Origin: Cellvibrionaceae bacterium
GTDB taxonomy: Bacteria > Pseudomonadota > Gammaproteobacteria > Pseudomonadales > Cellvibrionaceae
Assembly (NCBI GenBank): GCA_036520615.1
Contig: DATDJI010000091.1
Location: 44,734-108,733 of the forward strand
Direction: 5' to 3'
DNA length: 64,000 nt
The notes below the pieces were generated by a model. That model was given only the letters and a program-made list of their open reading frames with translations, did not search any database and was not told the origin of the DNA. Position numbers and translations under genes: made by a program. Below are positions 47,999 to 56,960 of this stretch, piece after piece. Numbering within the stretch: position 1 is the first letter of the stretch; each line of letters opens with the position of its first letter.

Positions 47999-48135
47999 GG
48001 CAGATTATTGCTTTATATCGTTATTAAAGGGTTGGTTCTGCTAAATCTACGCTGGTTGTACGCAAATGCGCAAGTAAAATGCGCGCGCCAACCACTATAC
48101 TGATTACTATCAACAGAGCTTACGAGTAATTCGCC

Positions 48136-49815
48136 ATGTTAAAACATCCTGCCCAGAAATACGTACCCTTTATAGGGGTTACATTGCCCGACCGCCAATG
48201 GCCTAATCGCCGTATTACGCATCCACCTATTTGGATGAGTACAGATTTGCGCGACGGCAATCAAGCCTTAATGGACCCTATGAATTGCGCTACTAAATTG
48301 CGGTTTTTTAAACAATTAGTAGCGATGGGTTTTAAGGAAATTGAAATTGGTTTTCCTTCGGCCTCTCAAACTGATTGGGATTTTGCTCGCCTTCTTATTG
48401 AAGAAAATCTTATTCCTGACGATGTGACTATCGAAGTATTAACTCAAGCGCGATTTGATTTAATTGAAAAAACCGTTGCCTCCTTAGAGGGTGCTAAGCG
48501 TGCGATTGTGCATATGTATAATCCGGTAGCGCCTGCCTTTCGCCGTATTGTTTACAATACAGATCAAGCGGGTGTAAAAGCCATCGCAGAGCAGGGCACA
48601 CGTTGGGTAAAAGAAATTACCGCACGTTACCCAGATACTGATTGGATTTATCAATATTCACCGGAAGTATTCTCCGGCACAGAAATAGAATTTGCTAAAG
48701 AAGTGTGTGATGCCGTAAGCACCATTTGGCAGCCTACTCCTGAGCGTAAAATGATTATTAATTTACCCGCTACGGTAGAGATGGGCACACCTAATACTTA
48801 TGCTGATCAAATTGAGTGGATGCACCGGCATTTAAATAATCGCGCGAGTATTATTTTAAGTGTGCACCCTCACAACGATCGCGGCACTGCAGTAGCTGCA
48901 GCCGAATTAGCCGTAATGGCAGGCGCGGATCGCGTCGAGGGCTGTTTATTCGGTAATGGAGAGCGCACGGGCAACGTGGATTTAGTAACCCTTGCATTAA
49001 ATTTGTATTCACAAGGGATTCACCCTGGCTTGGATTTTTCCAATATTGATCAGGTGCGGCAATTGGTGGAAGAGTGCACACAATTACCCGTTCATCCGCG
49101 CCACCCTTATGCTGGCGAATTGGTATTTACAGCATTTTCCGGTTCTCACCAAGATGCTATTAAAAAAGGTTTCGCTCAGCAAAATCCAGAAGGCGTTTGG
49201 CAAGTCCCTTATTTGCCCATTGACCCGCATGACGTGGGTAAAAATTACGATGCTGTCGTGCGGGTAAATAGTCAATCGGGTAAAGGTGGTGTGAGCTTTT
49301 TATTGCAGCAGGAGACGGGTTTTAATTTGCCTCGCCGCATGCAAATTGAATTTAGTGCGGTCGTGCAACGCTTAAGTGATAGCGCTGGGCGGGAAATAAG
49401 AAGTGCAGAAATAGTTGAGTTATTTGAGCAGGAATATTTTGCGCAAACACAGCCATTTGTCTATCACTACAATGAAATAATGGCCGTAAATGCCAGCGAC
49501 GATCCGGTGCGCGTTAATATTCACGGCGCTTTTCGGCAGGAGGATGTTGTTTATAGTGGTACCGGAAACGGCCCTATAGATGCCGCTGCAAATGCCTTAA
49601 GCCAATTTACTGGCCAGAGCATCCAAGTGGTTGACTACCACGAGCACGCATTAACTACAGGATCGCAAAGCCAAGCCGTTTGTTATTTAGAGGTAAAAGT
49701 CGGTACGGATAAAGCATTTTTTGGTGTGGGTGTGGATAAAAATATTATAGCTGCCGCAGTTAAAGCCTTATTTAATGGCGTTAATCGCAAGCAAAAATAT
49801 AGTAAGGCGTGCTGA
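48136..49815 (+). CDS. leuA: 2-isopropylmalate synthase (long form)
   Basis: [46 protein letters not shown], and a C-terminal LeuA dimerisation/regulatory domain. Confidence 0.9.
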   Translation: MLKHPAQKYVPFIGVTLPDRQWPNRRITHPPIWMSTDLRDGNQALMDPMNCATKLRFFKQLVAMGFKEIEIGFPSASQTDWDFARLLIEENLIPDDVTIEVLTQARFDLIEKTVASLEGAKRAIVHMYNPVAPAFRRIVYNTDQAGVKAIAEQGTRWVKEITARYPDTDWIYQYSPEVFSGTEIEFAKEVCDAVSTIWQPTPERKMIINLPATVEMGTPNTYADQIEWMHRHLNNRASIILSVHPHNDRGTAVAAAELAVMAGADRVEGCLFGNGERTGNVDLVTLALNLYSQGIHPGLDFSNIDQVRQLVEECTQLPVHPRHPYAGELVFTAFSGSHQDAIKKGFAQQNPEGVWQVPYLPIDPHDVGKNYDAVVRVNSQSGKGGVSFLLQQETGFNLPRRMQIEFSAVVQRLSDSAGREIRSAEIVELFEQEYFAQTQPFVYHYNEIMAVNASDDPVRVNIHGAFRQEDVVYSGTGNGPIDAAANALSQFTGQSIQVVDYHEHALTTGSQSQAVCYLEVKVGTDKAFFGVGVDKNIIAAAVKALFNGVNRKQKYSKAC

Positions 49816-49843
49816 AGATCTAAGCGTCGATAAAACCCATAAT

Positions 49844-50719
49844 TTATTTCTCCTGCACGGGTAAATAAATATGGGTTTCACGCTCATGCATAGCTACGGC
49901 GGGAAAAAACGTTATGCGCTCAAAAAACAATGGCGCATCGCGCAGCTCATAAGGGTTTGCTACGAGCCAATCGCAGTAAAAATAGTCAACTGCAAGGTCC
50001 AGGCCCTCATCATCTCCTTGATAAATAATACGTGCACATAAACCAGCGAGAATTTCCCCCCGTTGCATTTGGTCGTATTCAAGTGCGACTGAATGTTGTA
50101 ATTCAACCGCTAAATCCAGCCGAAAATCATCTTTAGGTTCTATATCAATGGGTGTATAGACGATATTAAATGTGCGTGCCTTATGTGGCGGTAAACCGCG
50201 CCGTTTACGCCAGTCAATAAATGCAGAAAGGCTATTGCCCATCTGTTCTGGCGCACCGCGATGGGGTAACACGGCTAGAGGAATGTACGGCACGTTTACA
50301 AGATCGACTGGGTAATGAAGGGTATTTTTTTTCATCACGGTGCCTTTTATTGCAGATAATTGTGTGTTGATAGTGTGAATAAATTCCCACGGTGGCTGCT
50401 TGCGAAATAAACTGGGCGAGAGCCCGCTCCAGATTTTAAACGCCCGCGAGAATACCTCAGCGTGGCTAAAACCTATTGCCAAACCAATTTCAGTAATTGA
50501 AATATTCTTGCGAAACGCTAATAAATAAGCCGCATGTTTGAAGCGTACGATTTTTATATAGCCTGCCAAATTAATACCAAAATACGCATTAAATTGCCGA
50601 TGAAAATGAAAGGGCGAAAAATTCGCAATTGGACATAGCTGTTGAATGCTCAAAGTTTCTGCTAAATGATTATCGATATAATTTAATAATCGGCTCCAGC
50701 GCATCGCAGTGTCTGTCAC
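49844..50719 (-). CDS. AraC-family regulator with GyrI-like effector-binding C-terminal domain
   Basis: N-terminal double HTH (FSPFHFHRQFNAYFG..., GFSHAEVFSRAFKIWSGLSP). The C-terminal SRPBCC/GyrI-like half follows. Confidence 0.85.
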   Translation of the reverse strand: MTDTAMRWSRLLNYIDNHLAETLSIQQLCPIANFSPFHFHRQFNAYFGINLAGYIKIVRFKHAAYLLAFRKNISITEIGLAIGFSHAEVFSRAFKIWSGLSPSLFRKQPPWEFIHTINTQLSAIKGTVMKKNTLHYPVDLVNVPYIPLAVLPHRGAPEQMGNSLSAFIDWRKRRGLPPHKARTFNIVYTPIDIEPKDDFRLDLAVELQHSVALEYDQMQRGEILAGLCARIIYQGDDEGLDLAVDYFYCDWLVANPYELRDAPLFFERITFFPAVAMHERETHIYLPVQEK

Positions 50720-51017
50720 AAAAATTTATTCCTGTTATTAATTAGTATCGAGGTGATTTTACAAAAAGCTTTTGCGTAGAGGAATTATTCGGGCGGTAAG
50801 CTAAAGAGCTTTGTATCTCGCCGCAGATAAACAGATTAAAACATCACCTGGATTAATACTTGATCTATCTTGCGCACTTAAGCATGCGCGAGATAGTTTT
50901 ATCGCCCGTTGCTAGATAGAAATGCCTATGCTTATTGCCGGTTATTCGATCACTGTCACAGACGCCACCATTGGTGACTGGGCACTATGGCGGGCTTGAA
51001 CCTCCAGGAGCCCTGCC

Positions 51018-52640
51018 ATGAGCCGAATTGCCGTTTACCTAATTATTATTTTGGCTGCGTTAGCCAACACCGCCTGCAGCGGGCCAGAAGATGTAGACGG
51101 CGCGTCGTCCAGCTCATCCTCCTCTAGTTCATCATCGGGTAAGGCGAGTAGCTCCAGCTCATCGTCGAGTTCTTCATCCTCCGGACGCACCAGCAGCTCC
51201 AGTTCGTCATCCAGTTCCTCATCCTCATCTAGTTCTTCATCAAGCAGCTCATCCAGTTCAGGCAATCTTGAGCCATGGATGAATGCCGGTGGCGCTAATT
51301 TTAATCCGGCTGTGTTGGAAAGCGGCATTACAATGAAGGATACCCATGGCGATGTATTACACGCCCACGGTGGCGGCATTATTAAAGTGGACAATTTTTA
51401 TTATTGGTATGGTGAAAATCGCTACGATAACCAGGTATTTAAAAGTGTGCGCTTATATCGCTCACGCAATTTACAGAACTGGGAATTTGTCAAAGATATT
51501 TTAAATGATCGCTCGGATGCAGATTTAAACAGTGCCAAAATTGAGCGCCCAAAAATTATCTATAACCGCCGCACACAGCAATTTGTTATGTGGATGCACA
51601 AAGAAGGCAGTGATAATTATGGCCAAGCCCGTGCAGCCGTAGCCGTAGCCGATAAAATAGACGGTGATTACACCTACCGCGGTAGTTTTCGGCCGATGAA
51701 TTTTATGTCGCGAGATTGTACGGCATTTGTTGACGACGATGGCTCAGCGTATTTTTTATCTGCCGCCAACGAAAATGCAGATTTACATCTGTATAAATTA
51801 ACCGACGATTACACCGCCATTAGCTCATTAGTGCAAAAAATTTGGGTGGGCCAAAAACGCGAAGCGCCCGCGCTAATAAAGCGTAATGGGGTGTATTTTA
51901 TTTTAAGCTCCACAACCTCCGGTTGGGATCCAAACCAAGCGCGCTATGGCACGGCGACAAATTTAAGTGGCACCTGGAGCGGCTTGCAAAATATTGGCAA
52001 CGGCACAACGTTTGATTCACAACCGATGTATGTTTTGCCTATTGAAGGCACACAAATCCGCTCCTATTTATATATAGGTGATCGCTGGATGGATCCTAAT
52101 TACCAGGATTCTAAATATGTTTGGCTGCCATTGACGTTTCCCACTAATAATTCGATAGCGTTAAATTGGTCTACGCGTATAGCTGTAGATACTAGTACCG
52201 GTGCTTTAGTAGGCAGTGGTTTGGAAGAGGTAAATCTTAAGTCAGTAAATAGCGGAAAATGTATAGATGTGGCGTCGGGAAGCATGGAGGATCGCGCCAA
52301 TATTATGCAATACACATGCAGCGCTGATTACAATCAAAAATGGCGTTTGCGTGAAGTTAGCGCCGGGGAATTTCAAATTAAAGCGCTACACAGTAGCCGC
52401 TGTATGGATGTGGCTTCAGGATCCAGCGAGGACGGCGCGAATATTTTGCAATATGCCTGTAGCAATGCGGATAACCAACGCTGGCGCAAACAAATAGCTG
52501 CAGATGGATCATTTTCACTGGTGTCAAAACACAGTGGTAAATGCGCGGACGTAGCCGACTGGAGTACAGAAAACAGCGGTAATATTCGTTTATGGACTTG
52601 CTCAGGCCGGGAGAATCAGCGCTGGATCGAAGTAAAATAG
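51018..52640 (+). CDS. Lipoprotein glycoside hydrolase family 43 (possibly beta-1,3-galactanase-like subfamily) with polyserine linker and C-terminal ricin-B/CBM13 lectin
   Basis: Lipobox LANTAC and an S-linker. The 5-bladed propeller-type region (HAHGGGIIKVDNFYYWYGE, ERPKIIYN, REAPALIK). Three QxW repeats (NQKW, NQRW, NQRW). Confidence 0.8.
   Translation: MSRIAVYLIIILAALANTACSGPEDVDGASSSSSSSSSSSGKASSSSSSSSSSSSGRTSSSSSSSSSSSSSSSSSSSSSSSGNLEPWMNAGGANFNPAVLESGITMKDTHGDVLHAHGGGIIKVDNFYYWYGENRYDNQVFKSVRLYRSRNLQNWEFVKDILNDRSDADLNSAKIERPKIIYNRRTQQFVMWMHKEGSDNYGQARAAVAVADKIDGDYTYRGSFRPMNFMSRDCTAFVDDDGSAYFLSAANENADLHLYKLTDDYTAISSLVQKIWVGQKREAPALIKRNGVYFILSSTTSGWDPNQARYGTATNLSGTWSGLQNIGNGTTFDSQPMYVLPIEGTQIRSYLYIGDRWMDPNYQDSKYVWLPLTFPTNNSIALNWSTRIAVDTSTGALVGSGLEEVNLKSVNSGKCIDVASGSMEDRANIMQYTCSADYNQKWRLREVSAGEFQIKALHSSRCMDVASGSSEDGANILQYACSNADNQRWRKQIAADGSFSLVSKHSGKCADVADWSTENSGNIRLWTCSGRENQRWIEVK
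51105..51260 (+). repeat. Polyserine-encoding low-complexity tract
   Basis: A run of about 50 Ser codons interrupted by GK/GRT. It creates a spurious antisense ORF. Confidence 0.9.
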
Positions 52641-52817
52641 GAGGGAGAATTTATTTGATCTGCCCTTAATTAAAAACCCCCTGGTGCGTTTCAGCCCCAA
52701 CGGGTTTTAGGTATTTAAATTCCTTAAATTTGCTCCTTGAATTAAATCCTGTTTAAAGGCCGCATCCTTGCGGCTATTATCCTTTTGATGTCCTAGTTAA
52801 GTCGAATCGAGCGGAGG

Positions 52818-53789
52818 TTATTCAAATCCTCTAGTGATCGTGGTGGGTTTTACGTTTTCGTTGCGTTTAATTAAATCGACAGCAACCTGCTCAGTTTGGC
52901 GAAGATTTAGCGCTTCTGGAGCGTTAATCATCGCCGGAACCACGCTGACATAATTAAAAGTGTCGCCAAGCTCGTGATTCACTACGCGAGTTTCAAATGC
53001 GTAAACCGGTTGAAGATAAGTGCCGTTGTTGTCGTAGTAAGCAATTTTGGTTTGCAAAATTTCAAGGTCTGATGTGCTGCCGAATTCTTTGCTCATTTGT
53101 GCAAGGGCAAGGCGCTTGGCTTCATCGATAGAATAGGTTTCAGTTGCAGCAATTCTTTTGCTGCCGGCCAGTTCTCGCCAGTGGCGAACAACGCCCACCA
53201 CTTCGCCTTTGTTACCAATATTAACTACCATTTTTGAGCCTGGGCCAATGACCGGCACTTCATTTATTTTGCGAGCAAAATTTACCGTCACTAATTTATC
53301 AATGACTGGGCCGGGTTTATCGCCGATCATTGAAGAGGCGCGTAGACCGCCAATATGGGCAACGGTTAATTCTCTCTCATTGCCAGGCTGCAGTGCATTA
53401 GCGGCTAAAAATGTTTGCGCGAGTTTTACCGCTTCGTCGGAGCTAGGTAATGATGGTGCAAAATCGCCCAAATAGGCTGAAAAATTGCGTTGAAAACGCA
53501 GGTCCCCAGTCGCTAAGTTTTGCTCAAACGTCGTGTTGACATCTCTGGTGGATACATAACGCACAGTATTGTCATCATCAGCTTTAACTGCTGTTGGTGT
53601 CTCACCGATAAACTGTTTCATGCTAGTTAAAGTGCTATCAACAGATTTAACTGGCGTGCGATTAAATTGGTACAAAACTAAATTATCTGGGCCTGCGGCT
53701 AAAAGAGATTGTGCGCTCAAACTTGAGCCAACTAAAATAAAAGCCTGTACTAAAGAAGTGATTTTCATGTGAAGTTTCCTGTTCATCAA
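52818..53789 (-). CDS. Secreted hypothetical protein with two alpha+beta modules resembling PepSY/propeptide-like domains
   Basis: Signal peptide. Two similar modules (SSDEAVKLAQTFL... and SIDEAKRLALAQM...YLQPVYAFE). Lies 27 nt downstream of the 257-aa gene. Confidence 0.5.
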   Translation of the reverse strand: MMNRKLHMKITSLVQAFILVGSSLSAQSLLAAGPDNLVLYQFNRTPVKSVDSTLTSMKQFIGETPTAVKADDDNTVRYVSTRDVNTTFEQNLATGDLRFQRNFSAYLGDFAPSLPSSDEAVKLAQTFLAANALQPGNERELTVAHIGGLRASSMIGDKPGPVIDKLVTVNFARKINEVPVIGPGSKMVVNIGNKGEVVGVVRHWRELAGSKRIAATETYSIDEAKRLALAQMSKEFGSTSDLEILQTKIAYYDNNGTYLQPVYAFETRVVNHELGDTFNYVSVVPAMINAPEALNLRQTEQVAVDLIKRNENVKPTTITRGFE

Positions 53790-53816
53790 ATTAGGTTAAA
53801 AAGGTTTAATTAAAAA

Positions 53817-54590
53817 TTAATACTGCCACCAGGTTTTCATGCCGTTAGTACCGCCAGCAGGGTCAGCGCCGTAGCTGCCTAAGCGATCATTTTCTGTCGA
53901 GCCATACATAATGGCGCTGGCAAGGCCTGGGTAGGGTGAGCCGTCGGAATTAGTAGGGTTAAAAATCCAGTAGCGCTCTTCATTTACTGCTGCAAACCAG
54001 GATTGCCATACACCACCGTTAGCTTTTAATTTATGTGCATAATTATTGGGAATTCCGTTATCGGAATTGCTCAGCGTATGAAATCCCACTAACTGGTGTA
54101 GGCCGCGAAACATATTGCTGTATGGGCTTGCCCAATTAGAGGTTTCAGGGCGGGTGGTAACTGTGTAGCAGGATTCAATTATCATAAATTCTAAATCGCC
54201 ACCAGTAGCTAAATCACCGTAAGCGGGTACGTTGCGTAAATCGACACCTTGGCTTAGGCTTTTGTTTGTTTGAATATAATAATCGCTACCGTGGCCTGCT
54301 ATATAAGCGAGGTCCATTTTATCTACATAATTCTGATGCGATGTGGTCATCATGTAGGGCTGGTTAAAATAATATTGGGTATTTAAATAACGGTTTGACC
54401 CAACAGTTTGCCAGCTTTGAAAGTTCTTTACGAAATTCCAAACATTGCGCACAAAGCGATCTTCTGCTTTATCAACATAGCCACCGATTTCTCGATCAGC
54501 TGCAACTGCGTTTAGTGAAGATAGAGCGATGCCTGCAAGGCAAAGTCCTTTAATCATTTTTTGTTTATTAATTAACATAGTATTCTCCAA
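53817..54590 (-). CDS. Secreted hypothetical protein with candidate clan-CD (gingipain/caspase-like) His-Cys dyad
   Basis: Signal peptide. YIAGHGS (His100), then 41 residues on, hydrophobic strand plus Cys (EFMIIESC, Cys141). Compare gingipain YTGHGS...FIFDVAC. Confidence 0.45.
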   Translation of the reverse strand: MENTMLINKQKMIKGLCLAGIALSSLNAVAADREIGGYVDKAEDRFVRNVWNFVKNFQSWQTVGSNRYLNTQYYFNQPYMMTTSHQNYVDKMDLAYIAGHGSDYYIQTNKSLSQGVDLRNVPAYGDLATGGDLEFMIIESCYTVTTRPETSNWASPYSNMFRGLHQLVGFHTLSNSDNGIPNNYAHKLKANGGVWQSWFAAVNEERYWIFNPTNSDGSPYPGLASAIMYGSTENDRLGSYGADPAGGTNGMKTWWQY

Positions 54591-55080
54591 TGTGGGTTAT
54601 TGAAGGCAGTGTGTTGAATAACTCCTTGCCTTTGTATCCTTCTGATGCCGCTTGTTATCTGCTCCTGTCCCGAGTGGTTACTGTGTCCTTGTCGATTACA
54701 AGTGGCGCCGAAGTGGGAGTTACTTTACGCTCAGGTAGCTTGCACGGCAGTGACTATTTCCGCTTTGGATTTGTGATTTTTTACCGTCAGTCTATTTAGG
54801 GCGAGGCTACGTAAGGCCAGGTATATAAGAGCGTCGTGGAGGGAGGGAACTCATAACAGCGGTAGCTAATAGATATAGGTGTGATCTGAGAGCACTTTAC
54901 TTGCGTCTTTATTCGAAAAGCAGGAGAGATAATTGATTTGCGAGTAACAGTTTAATAGCTGTGGTGCAGGCGCAATTTAACCGCGTTGTAATTTCGTAAA
55001 TTAACAAAAAGGCCGTGGCTTTTAAAAGCTGGATTTATAAAAGAATGCGATCTGTGCAGCGTGTGACTGTAAAAATCCTA

Positions 55081-56634
55081 TTATGGGCGTATAAAGCCAA
55101 TTCTAAAGCCGCCCCAGTGGCGGCCTTGCACAAATATAGGTACGGATAAGTCATGAATAATTTCATTCGTGTCGCGTTTATACGTCTGTAAAAGCATCGG
55201 CAATGTGTTGGCGCCACAGCGCTGGCCGGTACGGTCTTTAAAAATCCGTTTCGTGCGATTATTAATTAAATCTACTGCGTAAGTGCCGGTTAAGGGCTGG
55301 CTGTATTTTTTATTGTGCGTGGGAAAATAGCCTAGTCGATCAACAGCGCCGGCAAATAAAACCAAACTGTGCCGTGCCAGGATCGGCTCTTGAATTGCCG
55401 GTAAATGCTCGTCAGTAAAGCGATCAAAACTCGTATGGTATTTTTGTGGATTGGTATTGCTAATAGGCTCATAGTGTTCTGAAAACAGCGCAGATTGAGT
55501 AATGCGTCCATCGCTAATAGCCTGCTCAAATAAGCTTTGGATACTTTGAGCTGCTTGCTGCGCTTCACGCAGTATCGGCATATAAAATAATTCTACCGAT
55601 TGTTTTGATAGGCCAAAATAAATAGCTTCAGTTTCCACCGATACGTTTAACGATCGCTCGCCGATAGATTTGGTTCTATCTTCAATCGAAACAAAGGATT
55701 GATTAATGACGCTGATGGACTGACTGATTCTGCTGCTGGTAATTTCTATACCACCACAGGCGTTTTCAATTTGCTGCAGAGCGGATGACGAATGACTAAT
55801 ATCGCTATTAACCTCGTTAAATCCAGAAGCTACTTGATTTAATTCATCCTTTACCAACACGCTTGACTGCTGTAACTGTGCCATCGAACCAGACGCTTTT
55901 TGGCTAAGGTCTCTTATTCCGGCCAGCATTTTGCCAATATCAGCCGTAGCCTCTGCCGTTTTACCTGCTAAGGCGCGCACCTCGTCAGCAACTACGGCAA
56001 AACCACGGCCTTGTTCTCCGGCACGGGCCGCTTCGATGGCTGCATTTAATGCTAATAAATTCGTCTGCCCGGCAAGGTTATTAATTACTTCTGTAATACG
56101 CTGGATATTATCTGCGCTGCTGCGTAACTGCGCGAGTTGATCCGCAGCTATGCCTACGGAGCTTGCCAATTGATTAATATTTCCCACGCTGCTTTGCAAG
56201 CGGCTATCCGCCACATGACAGGCATTCGCAGTTTGATTAATAGTTTTACTAATAGCCTGTAAATTATTGCTTACTTGGCTGCTCGCTTCGGCTAAATCGC
56301 GGCTGGCATCGACAATTTGGCTGCACTCATTACCGCTGTGTTTAATATCGCTAACTAATCCGTCGATAAAAAAAGATACTTCTGCCGCACCCGTCGCCAT
56401 TCTGGACGTGGCGTGGGCAATGTCGGTAAGCACTGCGGCGTCGACATTACTTAGTTGAGCGTCAGCTTTTATATATTCACCCTGCCCGCTGGCGGTAAAT
56501 AACGCCCAACCCACCAGGCTGCAACTGACCAATACAATAATAGCCCAAGGTGGTGCTGCAAACATTGCGAGCAAAATTTGCAGAAATACTAGAACACTCC
56601 AGGCGATAATTGTTTTAAGAGGTATGCGCGGCAT
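55081..56634 (-). CDS. Methyl-accepting chemotaxis protein with a C-terminal Cache/PDC-like domain
   Basis: Two N-terminal TM helices. MCP hairpin ([34 protein letters not shown]). The roughly 190-aa C-terminal domain ends [16 protein letters not shown]. Start is ATG 56634 or GTG 56682. Confidence 0.8.
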   Translation of the reverse strand: MPRIPLKTIIAWSVLVFLQILLAMFAAPPWAIIVLVSCSLVGWALFTASGQGEYIKADAQLSNVDAAVLTDIAHATSRMATGAAEVSFFIDGLVSDIKHSGNECSQIVDASRDLAEASSQVSNNLQAISKTINQTANACHVADSRLQSSVGNINQLASSVGIAADQLAQLRSSADNIQRITEVINNLAGQTNLLALNAAIEAARAGEQGRGFAVVADEVRALAGKTAEATADIGKMLAGIRDLSQKASGSMAQLQQSSVLVKDELNQVASGFNEVNSDISHSSSALQQIENACGGIEITSSRISQSISVINQSFVSIEDRTKSIGERSLNVSVETEAIYFGLSKQSVELFYMPILREAQQAAQSIQSLFEQAISDGRITQSALFSEHYEPISNTNPQKYHTSFDRFTDEHLPAIQEPILARHSLVLFAGAVDRLGYFPTHNKKYSQPLTGTYAVDLINNRTKRIFKDRTGQRCGANTLPMLLQTYKRDTNEIIHDLSVPIFVQGRHWGGFRIGFIRP

Positions 56635-56892
56635 GGGGTAGGCTGGCCTTAATAGTTGTTTTATAAGTATGAATATATACACGGCGCCCTGTAATTATGT
56701 CTCTAGGTAAATCGTCTGAGCCACAACTTGTTTCAATATTGGAAGTAGGGCGCATCTATGCAGTAGCTGTGTGGGAGCGTCTTTGGAGTATAGCAGCGAG
56801 GTTTAAATCTTCCCGCAATTCGCGCCATGGGTAATTGATTCGGTTTTCTTCGCAAGCGATCCTTCAGTAATTCCGCTTTTGCATAAAGAAAT

Positions 56893-56917
56893 GGTTGCTG
56901 AACAATCAGCAGTAACC
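56893..56917 (-). terminator. Possible terminator after mprF
   Basis: On the minus strand: GGTTACTGCTGA-TTGT-TCAGCAACC followed by ATTTCTTTAT. Confidence 0.35.
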
Positions 56918-56960
56918 AACGAGGTAATTTTGGTAATGCGGTGGTTTTATAAAAAGTAAT

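Noticed and set aside
51035-51394. A 119-aa minus-strand ORF with ELDE repeats
   Set aside because: It is the antisense artefact of the GH43 polyserine linker.
54590-54799. A 69-aa plus-strand ORF in the 490-bp gap upstream of the secreted-protein pair
   Set aside because: It has no RBS or motif and probably lies within the promoter/5' UTR region of the minus-strand operon.
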